Source of the DNA: Acidilobaceae archaeon
GTDB lineage: Archaea; Thermoproteota; Thermoprotei_A; Sulfolobales; Acidilobaceae
DNA: 64,000 nucleotides
Assembly: GCA_038824665.1 (NCBI GenBank)
Contig: JAWBBK010000001.1
Location: 389,844-453,843, forward strand
Direction: 5' to 3'
Below, in pieces: positions 49,405 to 59,689 of this stretch; the first letter of the stretch is position 1; every line of letters begins with the position of its first letter. Made by a program: the position numbers and the translations under genes. The notes under the pieces are model-generated. The model was given only the letters and a program-made list of their open reading frames with translations, did no database searches and was not told the DNA's origin.

Positions 49405-50322
49405 TTGATGGCAACACACTACGCTTCTCTTAAACAAACTCACAGAGAGGTCTTAGAAGCTCTGATCAAGATCTACGAACAGACGAAAAAAATGGTGAAA
49501 ACTAAGGATGTAGCCAAATACTTAAACAAAGAGGAATGGGTTGTTAGAAACGCCATAATGTGGCTTAGGAGCATGGGCTTCGTTGAGAGCAAAACAGGAC
49601 CTGCCGGAGGTTACATTCCCACCCTTAAAGCTTATGAAGTGATAAGGAGCACTACTTACATCGCTAGGCCTATGTATGGCTTTTTAATTATATACGATAA
49701 AGAAGGATTAAAAGAAGAAATGAGGATGGCAGCTACCTCTGTGGAACTCTTAAATATCTTCACGTCTGAGAAGCCTAGAGCTTTAGTCAAGGTTGTAGGA
49801 GACGTAAGTGGAGTCGAAGAAAAGAGGAAGGTTAGACTAGAAAGCGTTCCCAAAAAGAGGTTCGTAGCGGAAGGAGTGATTCAGAAAAGAGACGTAACCT
49901 CTTCTGAGATCCTGATAGAGATCATGAAGCTAGCTGTGATCCCAGACGAGCAGGTAGGCAATGTATGTACTCGTGGACTAGTAACATTAAGTTATACTGC
50001 GAGCCTTAGAGAAGCCGCTAAAGTCCTCTCAGAACACGGTATTAGAGGTGCTCCTGTTCTTGACAATACAGGAGCCGTAGTCGGCTTTATAACGACAAGC
50101 GACATAGCTCAAGCGGTTGCTAATAGAGAAGACCTAGACTCAAGCGTGACTAACTTCATGAGAAAGACGATATTCGTTGTGAACGAGAATGAAAGCATAA
50201 CCGAAGCCATGAGGATAATGGACTTCTACGGAGTCGGTAGACTCTTAGTCGTCGATAGTCAGAAGAGGCCTGTAGGGATCTTGACCAGAACAGATATACT
50301 TAGATATATTCTGGCTCTCTAA
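49405..50322 (+). CDS. Winged-HTH plus CBS-pair transcription regulator
   Basis: REVLEALIKIYE...GFVESKTGPAGGYIPT; two CBS repeats (GIRGAPV, GVGRLLV). Confidence 0.88.
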   Translation: MMATHYASLKQTHREVLEALIKIYEQTKKMVKTKDVAKYLNKEEWVVRNAIMWLRSMGFVESKTGPAGGYIPTLKAYEVIRSTTYIARPMYGFLIIYDKEGLKEEMRMAATSVELLNIFTSEKPRALVKVVGDVSGVEEKRKVRLESVPKKRFVAEGVIQKRDVTSSEILIEIMKLAVIPDEQVGNVCTRGLVTLSYTASLREAAKVLSEHGIRGAPVLDNTGAVVGFITTSDIAQAVANREDLDSSVTNFMRKTIFVVNENESITEAMRIMDFYGVGRLLVVDSQKRPVGILTRTDILRYILAL

Positions 50323-52951
50323 CGGTTAGAGACTTGTGCCTAATGACCTCTAGTATCTTCTCTCTTAGCATCTTGAGAAGCTTTCTTTTGTCCTCCATAA
50401 GCACTACGTCGCTGAAACTCTTCACTACCACGCTATGAGCCATAGGCGACGGATGTTCTAAAGGACCTACGACTACTACTCTGATGTGACCTGATCTTAT
50501 CCACTCTATTACTTTCTTAGCGTTCTCTATGTCCATATAGTCCTCCAAGATCTCTCTGAAGGTTTCTTTAACTGGAGGCAAGTCTCTGAAGTGTTTTAAC
50601 AAGACCTTGACTAGCCTCTCAGCGCTCAACTGAAGCCTTTCGGGACTCTTCTCTTTACCCTTGTAACGCTTTAATATCATGAACGACCTCTCAGCTACAT
50701 GTCTGAATCTTCTCTTGAACAGCTCTGTGTTCTCTACAGATTTCTCCAGTATTTCTCTAAGGTTCTCAGGGCTTATAGAACTCAACACCGCCTCAATAAG
50801 AGCTCTAGAAGGCTCTAGCGGTCTATCGTAGCTGAGCATGAAGCCGTTGTCCGCTACTGTAATTCTAACGGGAGCTAGTACGTGCTCCGATAGCCTAGAA
50901 CCTATAGCTCTCGAAAGCGTATCATTGACCTTTCTTCCATAGAGAGCATGAAAGACAACGTTCCATCCTTCATCCCAGAAATATTCGACCATTATCAAGT
51001 CGTCGCCGGGCACAACTCCTACATAGCTTAGCTGCTCTTTGATATACTCCAATATGGTTCTTGCTGCTTCAGGTTGGAGTCTGTAATCCTTTAGCAGTAT
51101 TTCATAAGCCTCTTTTTCTCTACCGTCTTGAACCATCTGCGCTAAAACTCTTCTAAACCTTCCTACTCTAAGAGCGCTCTCAAAACTTAAAGGCAACATT
51201 TCGCTAAACCATGAAGGAACTGTAGGTCTAACTCCTTCAGCAGGCTCAACGATAACTTTGAGTCCCTCCGATCTCAAAAACTTGAATGTTCTTCCGCTCA
51301 GGACGAAGACATCACCGGGCGAAAGTATCTCTACGAAACCTTCTTCAAGATTGCCTACATATCGTCCTGTGGTCGTAACGACTTCTATTTTGGCTTCATC
51401 CGGTATTACTCCTGAGTTCAGCTGATAAATCATTCTAGCTCCTTTCTTCCTACCGAAGACCTTCTCTTCTTCATCAATCCATATCTTAGCGTAAACCTTT
51501 TCAGCCTCTAAGCTCTCAGAAGCGTCAAATTTTCCCGCTAAGTATCTAAGCGTTTCGAGAAACTCTTGAAAGCTTAGGTTCCTATAATTATAAGCTCTCT
51601 TCACAAGTCTATAAGCCTCCTCTATGGACCACTTCTTCTCTATGCTCATCCCGACAACGTTTTGAATCAAGACGTCAAGAGGCTTTTCAGGTATCTTAAC
51701 GCTGTCTATCATTCTCTCCATAGCGCTCTTAGCTAGAACCGTACACTCGATCAAGTCGTCTCTATCGACTACTATTAAAACTCCTTTGCTAACTTCCGTT
51801 ATCCTATGGCCTGCTCTTCCAATACGCTGAAGAAGTCTTGTTGTGCTCTTTGGACTGCCCAAAAGGACTACTAGGTCTATGTAGCCTATGTCGATCCCAA
51901 GTTCGAGACTAGTGCTCGACACGACTACCCGTAGCTCTCCTCTCTTGAGCCTCTCTTCTACAGACAGTCTTAACTCTCTAGATATGCTGGAATGATGAGC
52001 TTCTATGCGGTCTAGGTCTTCAAGTCTTCCGTTAGAAAGAGCTTTCTTAAGTTTGAACACTACTCTCTCGGTAGCGCTTCTAGTGTTAGTGAAAACAAGA
52101 GTTGTCCTATGTGACTCGACGAGTTCCGCTAACTTCTTGTAAATAGATTCGTTTATCTCGTCTGGAAGACCTTCTACTATATCGACATCAGGAACCACTA
52201 CACGGATGTCTATAGGCTTGGCAAATCTAGCATCAACTATCTCTACGCTACGAGGTCTCCCATCGTCGTCAAAACCTCCTAAGAACTGAGCTACTACCTC
52301 TAAAGGAGCTACAGTAGCTGAAAGCCCTATTCTCTGTAAGCCTCGACCAGTAGCGCTATGGACTAGCCACTCAAGCCTCTCAACAGCAAGCATGAGAAGA
52401 GCTCCTCTCTTGCTTGAAGCTAAGTCATGAATCTCGTCTATGATAACCCAACTGACTCTAGACAATTTCTCCCGAAACTTAGGAGCTACTAAGCTAATCG
52501 CAAAGCTTTCAGGAGTAGTTATGAGTATATGAGGTGGTTTTTTAACCATTTTCTGTTTCTCGCTTTGTGAAGTATCGCTTGTTCTGACCGCTATCCTTAT
52601 TTCAGGAAGCTTGTACCCCATTTCTTCAGCTACAGCTTTTATCTCGCTCATAGGTTCAAACAAGTTTCTCTTAACGTCGTTATTCAGAGCTCTGAGAGGA
52701 CTGACGTAAACAGCATAAACGTAGTCTTCTAGACTTTGGGTTTCTCCGAGAAAGAAGAGTTCATCGATTATTCCTAAAAAAGCCGCTAGAGTTTTCCCTG
52801 TTCCGGTAGGCGAAGAGATAAGCACATTCTTTCTAGACTTTATTAGCGGTATCGCTATCCTTTGAGGCTCTGTGAACTTTCCGTATTTACGTCTAAACCA
52901 CTCTCTCACATACGGTCTTAGTGTAGAAGCTATCTCGTCGTCTGCTGACAA
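50300..52951 (-). CDS. lhr: Lhr-family ATP-dependent helicase
   Basis: SPTGTGKT, SPLRALNND, TTPES, DEIH, GLSAT, HHSS, SLELGID, QRIGRAGH, PSWFSE. Confidence 0.93.
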   Translation of the reverse strand: MSADDEIASTLRPYVREWFRRKYGKFTEPQRIAIPLIKSRKNVLISSPTGTGKTLAAFLGIIDELFFLGETQSLEDYVYAVYVSPLRALNNDVKRNLFEPMSEIKAVAEEMGYKLPEIRIAVRTSDTSQSEKQKMVKKPPHILITTPESFAISLVAPKFREKLSRVSWVIIDEIHDLASSKRGALLMLAVERLEWLVHSATGRGLQRIGLSATVAPLEVVAQFLGGFDDDGRPRSVEIVDARFAKPIDIRVVVPDVDIVEGLPDEINESIYKKLAELVESHRTTLVFTNTRSATERVVFKLKKALSNGRLEDLDRIEAHHSSISRELRLSVEERLKRGELRVVVSSTSLELGIDIGYIDLVVLLGSPKSTTRLLQRIGRAGHRITEVSKGVLIVVDRDDLIECTVLAKSAMERMIDSVKIPEKPLDVLIQNVVGMSIEKKWSIEEAYRLVKRAYNYRNLSFQEFLETLRYLAGKFDASESLEAEKVYAKIWIDEEEKVFGRKKGARMIYQLNSGVIPDEAKIEVVTTTGRYVGNLEEGFVEILSPGDVFVLSGRTFKFLRSEGLKVIVEPAEGVRPTVPSWFSEMLPLSFESALRVGRFRRVLAQMVQDGREKEAYEILLKDYRLQPEAARTILEYIKEQLSYVGVVPGDDLIMVEYFWDEGWNVVFHALYGRKVNDTLSRAIGSRLSEHVLAPVRITVADNGFMLSYDRPLEPSRALIEAVLSSISPENLREILEKSVENTELFKRRFRHVAERSFMILKRYKGKEKSPERLQLSAERLVKVLLKHFRDLPPVKETFREILEDYMDIENAKKVIEWIRSGHIRVVVVGPLEHPSPMAHSVVVKSFSDVVLMEDKRKLLKMLREKILEVIRHKSLTVREPEYI

Positions 52952-53182
52952 GGGCTACCCCCGCTAAAGCTTAGCCTGATCTCTTCAAGAAGTCCTAAGC
53001 TCTTAGAGTAGCCCGCAGTCTCTCTAATAACGCTTCTTTATAGCTATCTCTTTTTGTTTCCCGCTCGCTCACGTTTTCCAGCAGTTTAAGCTTCTCTTAG
53101 AACCAGTCTTCTCAAAACGCTGGCTATCAACGAAAAGCTGCGAACCGCCTTACAATACATTTCTCCTCATGATGAGGAAGTC

Positions 53183-54067
53183 CTAAGACCTCGATAGAGT
53201 TGCTAGACGACCCCACGCCCAAGGCATAGCCTCACTATTAAAACAGCCTCCTACTTCTCCGTTCCTAGTCAACGATATAACCCCTAAAGTATCCGGACCC
53301 CATCTCAATGTATGTTCGTTTATTACATCATGAAGTACCTTAGCTAAATCTCCGTAGATAGAGTAGAGAGTGCTTATTCTCAATGTAACCATAGACATGA
53401 TTATGGTTTCTCCAATACCGGTAGCTGAAGAGGCTATGTGCTCCGTAGCGTGATAGCCTGCACCAGGTATCGGTGAATCTCCTACTCTTCCAGGTAGCTT
53501 AAGAGACACGCCGCCTGTGCTGGCAGCAGCAGCTAGACATCCGTTATCGTCTATACTTACTGCACCTACCGTATCGTAGCCTAACTTCTTAGCTGTCTCA
53601 ACGTATGCTTTCACCCAATGATGATGTTGAGATTCTCTAAGAGTTCTCCATCTCTCTATGGCTTGAGGACTTGGACCTGAATGTCTTTCAAGACCTTTCT
53701 TTTGAGCAAGTTCGTCAGCCCAGTGCCCTACTATAAGCACATGTGGGGTTTCTCTGAGTACTATTTCAGCTAATCTTATCGGATTGCGTGGATATCTTAC
53801 AGCAGCCACTCCTGCAGCTCTTCCTGAGCTAACCATAAGCCCTGCATCCATAGATAACCCTCCTGAGTAATCGAGAACGCTACCGATTCCGGCATTGAAT
53901 ATGCCTGAGTCCTCAAGATATGCGACAGCTTCAACAACCATATCGATACATCCTTTATGGGCTACACTGAGCCCAGCTTCTACTGCACCCTTTAGCTTCT
54001 CTACTGCTTTACTAATTTCTCTATCTTTCCAAGAACCTGCACCTCCGTGAACTGCGATTACTGCCAT
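53183..54067 (-). CDS. Isoaspartyl peptidase / L-asparaginase (Ntn hydrolase)
   Basis: VHGGAG, FNAGIGS, MDAG, DTVGAV (nucleophilic Thr), STGG, GRVGDSP, TGIGE. Confidence 0.92.
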   Translation of the reverse strand: MAVIAVHGGAGSWKDREISKAVEKLKGAVEAGLSVAHKGCIDMVVEAVAYLEDSGIFNAGIGSVLDYSGGLSMDAGLMVSSGRAAGVAAVRYPRNPIRLAEIVLRETPHVLIVGHWADELAQKKGLERHSGPSPQAIERWRTLRESQHHHWVKAYVETAKKLGYDTVGAVSIDDNGCLAAAASTGGVSLKLPGRVGDSPIPGAGYHATEHIASSATGIGETIIMSMVTLRISTLYSIYGDLAKVLHDVINEHTLRWGPDTLGVISLTRNGEVGGCFNSEAMPWAWGRLATLSRS

Positions 54068-54147
54068 CTCTAATCCTCACCTCTCGGTCTTACCGGGGTT
54101 TATACTCGGATAAGGCTAATGAGGATATTGGTCTTAGGTTCTGAGAG

Positions 54148-54648
54148 TTGGCCCTGCCTGGAGCCTTAGTCTCCCAAAACGTAGAGAAAGCGAACAGCGA
54201 CTCTATCCAGCCAGCCGGCATAGACTTGAGTTTGTGTGAAGTTCTAGAGTTCTTAGAGGCTGGCTCTCTAAGTGTCAACTCCAGGTCTATCCCTAAGGGG
54301 CGTCCAGTCTCGCTTCAAGACGATCGGTGGCGTTTGAAGCCAGGAGCTTATAGGATAAGGTTTTGTGAAGTAGTTAAGATCCCTGTAGACCAAGTGGCTC
54401 TCTGTTTTCCTCGAAGCACTCTCTTGAGAATGGGTGCCGACCTCAGATGTACTGTCTGGGACCCAGGCTATATGGGAAGAGGTGAAGGTTTGCTCGTAGT
54501 CTACAATCCTGAAGGAGTAGAGATTCAGAAAAGTTCTAGAGTAGCTCAACTAGTTTTCTTGAAGCTCTTAAGTCATCCTCATAAGTTATATGATGGAGCA
54601 TATCAAGGAGAAAACCTAGGAACTGATATGAGTTCTATGAAGATATGA
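54148..54648 (+). CDS. Trimeric dUTPase / dCTP deaminase family protein
   Basis: IQPAGIDL, PRSTLLRMG, WDPGY, RVAQLVF, YDGAYQ. Confidence 0.88.
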   Translation: MALPGALVSQNVEKANSDSIQPAGIDLSLCEVLEFLEAGSLSVNSRSIPKGRPVSLQDDRWRLKPGAYRIRFCEVVKIPVDQVALCFPRSTLLRMGADLRCTVWDPGYMGRGEGLLVVYNPEGVEIQKSSRVAQLVFLKLLSHPHKLYDGAYQGENLGTDMSSMKI

Positions 54649-56154
54649 CGTGAGAGTTCCAAGGCTTCGAGAAATCAAAGCAGAAGCAGCAACTAGAAAC
54701 GCTAAGATCTCCAGTCTTCCTAACAACATAGCGATACATAAAGTAAGCTTGACCTCAAGAGGAGCACTTGCTCTAGCTATTCCAACGCTCAGTCCAGTTC
54801 CAGTTATAGCGCTCGCAGACTCAAACATAGCATCGATAAAGCTGATAGCTCCCTCAAACGCGATCCACAAGATGATAGCGAAGAGAGGAACACTGACTAC
54901 GTATAGCGTTGCAGTAACGAGAGTTCTTCTCAGTATAGCGTCGTCAATTACATAAGAGCCTATTCTCTTTGGGCTCATGTAACCAGATGATTTAAGTGAC
55001 GACTCTATCTCCCAAGAGACACTCCTAGCTATTATGACTATTCTCAGTATCTTAATCCCTCCAGCAGTAGAGAACGCACTACCGCCGATCAACATGGCTA
55101 CAATCGTCAAGAATTTAAATGCCTCGTCGGTCTTTGAAACGTCAATTACTGTGAATCCGCTAGTCGTTAAGCCGGAAAGTACAGAGAAGATCAATGCTAA
55201 TGGGTCTTCGAACCTCTCTCTGGCTATAGGGTCAGTTATCCAGAGAAGCAAAGTAAGTAAAGACATAATGACGCACATAACCGTTAAAGCCTTGAACTCC
55301 ACGCTTCCCCAAAGCTTAATCCACTTGAATCTGACTATGTGATAGAGGTCTAAAAACGAAGTAGCTCCCAAAAACATCACCAAAAACACAGCCATGTGTA
55401 CGAGTCGAGTATCGTAGAAACCTACGCTCTCGCTATGTGTTGAAAACCCTCCTGTAGCGATCCCCGTCATTGCGTGATGAACTGCATCGTAAAAGGTCAT
55501 GCCAGCGAAGTACAGAATAGCTATCGACACAGCTGTGAAGATTACATAGATCAGAGAGAGTTCTTTTATCGCTACATATATGTTTGAAGATATCCGTTGG
55601 AACCTACCTTCAACGCTGTAGAGATGAGCTGCTGAGAGTCTGCGTCCAGCAAGCAGATAAGCGATTAGTGTTAAAACGCCTAGACCGCCGATCCATTGAG
55701 AAAGGCTTCTCCAAAACTTCAAACTAGTGGGTAGCTCGTCAGGAGTAGGTAAGTAGCTACCTAAGCTACTTTGTTCTCCTACGAATAAAGTTAGTCCTGT
55801 GGTTGTCCAACCCGAGACGCTTTCGAAAACAGCATCAATGTAATGTATACCCGAAGCCAGAGTTAGAGGTATTGCAGATATCAAAGGCGTCAAGATCCAC
55901 AATAAGACCCCTACTAAAAACGCGTCTTCTCTGCTCAACTCAGGCTTCGGAAGTCTAAGTAACGAGAATGCTATCGCTAGCGAAGCTAGACCACACACTA
56001 CAAACACTACAGATATATGAAGCTCTCTATGATCTCCTGCCAGAAAATAAGTCACTAATCCCGCTATTCCCGACAAGAGAACGTGAACTCCAACGACCAA
56101 AAAGCACATGCCTACGTATATGAGTTTAGAGAAGATCATTGCAGAGCTCACCAT
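54616..56154 (-). CDS. trkH: TrkH-family potassium uptake protein
   Basis: FESVSGWTTTG, WIGGLG, ATGGFS, TTSG, STAGGIK, GTGLS, LGRLEI. Confidence 0.92.
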   Translation of the reverse strand: MVSSAMIFSKLIYVGMCFLVVGVHVLLSGIAGLVTYFLAGDHRELHISVVFVVCGLASLAIAFSLLRLPKPELSREDAFLVGVLLWILTPLISAIPLTLASGIHYIDAVFESVSGWTTTGLTLFVGEQSSLGSYLPTPDELPTSLKFWRSLSQWIGGLGVLTLIAYLLAGRRLSAAHLYSVEGRFQRISSNIYVAIKELSLIYVIFTAVSIAILYFAGMTFYDAVHHAMTGIATGGFSTHSESVGFYDTRLVHMAVFLVMFLGATSFLDLYHIVRFKWIKLWGSVEFKALTVMCVIMSLLTLLLWITDPIARERFEDPLALIFSVLSGLTTSGFTVIDVSKTDEAFKFLTIVAMLIGGSAFSTAGGIKILRIVIIARSVSWEIESSLKSSGYMSPKRIGSYVIDDAILRRTLVTATLYVVSVPLFAIILWIAFEGAISFIDAMFESASAITGTGLSVGIARASAPLEVKLTLCIAMLLGRLEILAFLVAASALISRSLGTLTSYLHRTHISS

Positions 56155-56169
56155 CGCTGGGCTACATCA

Positions 56170-56469
56170 TTACTCAGAGTCGGTGGTCTCGATCATCGCT
56201 CCTCGCTGTTTGATCCGAGAAGAAGCTCTAATGACTATCTTTTTAACCTCGCAAACAGTAAGTCCTAGCTCGAGAAGAGCTTCTTCAAGCTCTTCATAAT
56301 CTACGCTTTCGCCTTCTACAGTCACTTTAAAGCTCTTTGAATCGCTATCAGACTCTAATGACTCTATCTCTACTAGGTCTGTCTTTAAGATTTCTGAAAG
56401 CCTTTTAGCTATTTTTAAAATGTTCGATCTTCTGTGTCCGACAGCGATTACCTCTACGACAACTGTCAA
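56170..56469 (-). CDS. DUF211-like small protein
   Basis: KVTVEGESVDYEELEEAL pattern; directly upstream of trkH. Confidence 0.55.
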   Translation of the reverse strand: MTVVVEVIAVGHRRSNILKIAKRLSEILKTDLVEIESLESDSDSKSFKVTVEGESVDYEELEEALLELGLTVCEVKKIVIRASSRIKQRGAMIETTDSE

Positions 56470-56502
56470 GCGTCTCGCCCGAGTTTTATGAGAACCACAA
56501 GC

Positions 56503-57393
56503 TTATCTGCACTTTCTCAAACACAACTCTCTAGCCACGTTCTCCGCTAGCTCTCTAGAAACAACACGAGAAAGCGTTTCAGACACTACATCTCTAGCTT
56601 TCTCTAAGCTTAAGTCTCTAGGAGCCCAGCCTGTCAGCCACAAAAGAGAATCAAGATGAATAAGCGGTATGCCGCTAGTCTTCGAGACCAAAGACCAAGC
56701 TTTGGAAACAGCCTTCCGTTCTTTAAGCAGTGTTCTATAGCTATCGGCGTCTACAAGAAAGCTTGAGTATGAGATACAGGCTACTCTCAAGTCTACAGGA
56801 ATCACATCTATTCCGCTGACCGTTGCAAAGTCTCCAGGTCTTCTCGTAGCGTAGTAGGCCATCTTTATTGCAAAGACTAGAGTCTTAGAGTCTTCTGGAA
56901 CCCCAAGACTTTTAGCTAGGTCTTGAAGTATTTCTCCAGCTCTGGTGTAAATTATATCGTTATCGCTATATAGGACTTCAAGCAAAACTTTAGAATTCCT
57001 ATACGCTTTCTCAATCCTCTTTATCTTCTCCTCTCTTTTAATACTAGCTCCTCGACTCGACTTAACGAACTCAATAACGTCATTCACAACATCGCTTAAG
57101 CTCTCTGGACTCCTTCGTTGCGACAAGAACTCAGCATAAGATCTCCACCACTCTTCTCCTCTTATAGACAACTTGTAGCTAACTAATGCCAAAAGTAGTG
57201 TGTACACAGGAGCCCAGGAGCCAGCTTTTTCTCTTATCGCTAAGACAGCTACTCTTTGAGGATCTAGGTCTTCTAGAGCTAGAACAGCCTCGAGACCTAG
57301 CTTTGAGAGAATTGCTCCTAGCTTTGAAGCTCTGTTCCGGAAGACTATGACTTCAACCATTAGCTTTCCTCCGCTATCCTTCCATAAGCCCAT
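56503..57393 (-). CDS. Archaeal 8-oxoguanine N-glycosylase/DNA lyase (AGOG)
   Basis: EDLDPQ, LVSYKLSIRGEEWW, KTLVFAIKM, IPVDLRV, IPLIHLDSLLW. Confidence 0.87.
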   Translation of the reverse strand: MGLWKDSGGKLMVEVIVFRNRASKLGAILSKLGLEAVLALEDLDPQRVAVLAIREKAGSWAPVYTLLLALVSYKLSIRGEEWWRSYAEFLSQRRSPESLSDVVNDVIEFVKSSRGASIKREEKIKRIEKAYRNSKVLLEVLYSDNDIIYTRAGEILQDLAKSLGVPEDSKTLVFAIKMAYYATRRPGDFATVSGIDVIPVDLRVACISYSSFLVDADSYRTLLKERKAVSKAWSLVSKTSGIPLIHLDSLLWLTGWAPRDLSLEKARDVVSETLSRVVSRELAENVARELCLRKCR

Positions 57394-58327
57394 ATACTCT
57401 GTGAATCTCTATCATTACTCTTTCAACTCCTTTCTTAATCCAAGTTCTATGAGGTTCTCTCAAGATAGGTAGAGAAGGTTTAGATAGGTTCGTCCTTAAC
57501 TTAGAGAGCAAAGCCTCAACTAACTCCTTCTTTAAGCCATAGATGTAAATAGCGTGAACCGCTTCTTCTTCTCTCAAAAACTCTTCAAGTCCTGAAAGCC
57601 CTTGACAGCGAGCGAACGCCACAATGAAATATGACAGCTTGGTCACAGGAACCCTTTTGTATATACCCCTAGGACCTAGAGCTGTTACGTAATCGAAAAC
57701 GCTTTTGTTATCCGGTAACGTCTTGAGCTCTACTCTCTTAAATCCGCGTCTTAGAGCCTCCTCTTTAAGCCATTGAAGTCTCTCTGTACTAGAGAGGCTG
57801 TTCTCTTTGCCTACGAGTTCTACGAAACCTTTAGCTATATCTGTATCGGGTAAGTAGAGGAGATTTTTGTATCTTACGTTGACCACTATAACGCTAGACC
57901 TCTCTTCTAAGATCTCAACTGCCTCCTTGTTGAGTTTAGACAGAAGAGCTAGCGGCATCACGTAAGGGAGTATGGCTATAAGAGCTTTCCTCTTTCCTAC
58001 CACTTCTTCTAAGCTCTTGCTGAAACGCTCGTAGCGAGAGCCTTTAGAGTCTACAAGTTTATCGTATTCGTGTATTTCTAGACTGACGCTCTGAGAGCCT
58101 AAAGCTTCGGATATGGAGTTCAAGATAGGTACCTCGTCTATGCTTGCTTCAAATGTGCTCTTGACTAAAAGAGCAACTCTATCTCCGAGTTCTGGTTGGT
58201 CGTCAGACTCTCTTTCTAGCTCTACGGAGCCCCCTAATATCTCAGACCTGGTGTAGACGCTGTAAGCCAGGTCGATGCAAGCTTCTAGCGCCTCTCTGCC
58301 CAAAAGGCTACTCAACTTTTTTGTCAC
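57374..58327 (-). CDS. Hypothetical protein
   Basis: 317-aa ORF overlapping both neighbours in an operon. Confidence 0.65.
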   Translation of the reverse strand: MTKKLSSLLGREALEACIDLAYSVYTRSEILGGSVELERESDDQPELGDRVALLVKSTFEASIDEVPILNSISEALGSQSVSLEIHEYDKLVDSKGSRYERFSKSLEEVVGKRKALIAILPYVMPLALLSKLNKEAVEILEERSSVIVVNVRYKNLLYLPDTDIAKGFVELVGKENSLSSTERLQWLKEEALRRGFKRVELKTLPDNKSVFDYVTALGPRGIYKRVPVTKLSYFIVAFARCQGLSGLEEFLREEEAVHAIYIYGLKKELVEALLSKLRTNLSKPSLPILREPHRTWIKKGVERVMIEIHRVYGLMEG

Positions 58328-58718
58328 CTTTGCCTTCTGATCCCTTTTGGAGACTCTTCGTCTGAAGTCTCAAGCCTCTGACTCTTTCCGCCGTTTCGAG
58401 AACGATAAGCCAAGCTCTGATATTGTCGGGGTCTCCGTTAGAAAGAGCTTCGTAAGCCCTCCTTGCTGCATGAAGAGCCACTTTAGAGACTATATAGTCT
58501 ATTTCTATCTCTTCTGCTTCGCTTTCGCTTGAAGCTATGAAGACTCTACCATGAAGAGGACAGACGATTTCTCCGCTCTTGGTCTTAAAGAGAGGATAGC
58601 CGTCTAGAGGACATGACTCGGCTAGCATCGTTGCTCCAGCTCTTAGCAGAGCAACCATCTTCTTCTGAATCTCTTCGTCTCGAGATCTCTCTCTCGCTTC
58701 GCTCACCTTCCTTCCCAT
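58308..58718 (-). CDS. Sjogren's syndrome/scleroderma autoantigen 1 (UPF0148) Zn-finger protein
   Basis: LLRAGATMLAESCP..GYPLF...GEIVCPLHG. Confidence 0.82.
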   Translation of the reverse strand: MGRKVSEARERSRDEEIQKKMVALLRAGATMLAESCPLDGYPLFKTKSGEIVCPLHGRVFIASSESEAEEIEIDYIVSKVALHAARRAYEALSNGDPDNIRAWLIVLETAERVRGLRLQTKSLQKGSEGKGDKKVE

Positions 58719-58751
58719 TTCTCTCCTCTGTTGAAGGGCTTTAGCTTTAGT

Positions 58752-59687
58752 TTAAAGCTTGAACCTAATTCTCATCAGGTCCCAAGCTAAACGCGACGAG
58801 GGGAAAACTGTTCGAGCCTCTCTCTCTAAGAGTTTAGCCTCAAAGCCTCTATACCTTCCACTTACATGTGTTAAAACAAGTTCTCTAACCCCAGCTTCAA
58901 GAGCGATCTCTGCTGCGTCTACTGAGGAGCTATGGTATGAATCCAGAGCCTGTTTTCTCATCTGAGCAGAAAACGTCGACTCATGGATTAGCAGGTCGGA
59001 CCCTTTTGCTAAATTAGCTACTTTTGAACACGGAGCTGTGTCTCCAGAATACGTAACCGAAAAAGATTTTGGAGCTTCAGAAGTCATCTCGTTGATCTTC
59101 ACTTTCTTGTCTCCAAGCTCTACTTCACCTCTTTCTAAGAGTTCTTTAAGCCAAGGACCAGGTCTTAGCCCAAGAGCCTCTAGCTTAGTTACATCAACTC
59201 TAGTTCTCAAACTCCAAGTAAGTCTGAAAGCGTAAGACTCTACGCTGTGACAAGTAGGAGCCCAAGAGAGAGTGATGATATCGCCTCCTGCTGAGAGTAG
59301 TTCGAAAGAGCCTCTCTCTCTTATCGCTATCGTCCTAATATGAAAGCCGAGAGCAAGTTTAGATGTCCTAAGCCCTTCTTCTACAAACTCTATTACGTCC
59401 TCAGGACCGATTACTATTAGCTCTTTGCTCCTTTCTTGAAGAGTCATAGTTTGAATGAGACCAGCTAATCCGTTCACGTGATCCCCATGTCCGTGAGTTA
59501 TCGCTACTGCATCAATCGATGTCGGCGAAACTCCAGCTTGCTGAAGCCTTATCTGACATCCTTCTCCTGCGTCGAGAAGTACGTAGAGACCTCTCCAGTC
59601 TCTTACTAATATACATGAAGTCAGTCTCTCCCAAGTAGGTAAGCTACCCCCTGTTCCCAACATTATAATCTCGACGTATCTAGCCAA
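58752..59687 (-). CDS. rnz: Ribonuclease Z
   Basis: LGTGGSLP, DAGEG, THGHGDH, GP-exosite, YSGDT, HESTF, LTHVSGRY. Confidence 0.94.
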   Translation of the reverse strand: MARYVEIIMLGTGGSLPTWERLTSCILVRDWRGLYVLLDAGEGCQIRLQQAGVSPTSIDAVAITHGHGDHVNGLAGLIQTMTLQERSKELIVIGPEDVIEFVEEGLRTSKLALGFHIRTIAIRERGSFELLSAGGDIITLSWAPTCHSVESYAFRLTWSLRTRVDVTKLEALGLRPGPWLKELLERGEVELGDKKVKINEMTSEAPKSFSVTYSGDTAPCSKVANLAKGSDLLIHESTFSAQMRKQALDSYHSSSVDAAEIALEAGVRELVLTHVSGRYRGFEAKLLEREARTVFPSSRLAWDLMRIRFKL

Positions 59688-59689
59688 CT

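Noticed and set aside
52952-53014. GGGCTAC...GTAGCCC inverted repeat upstream of lhr
   Set aside because: Only 7 bp with a ~50-nt loop; compatible with chance
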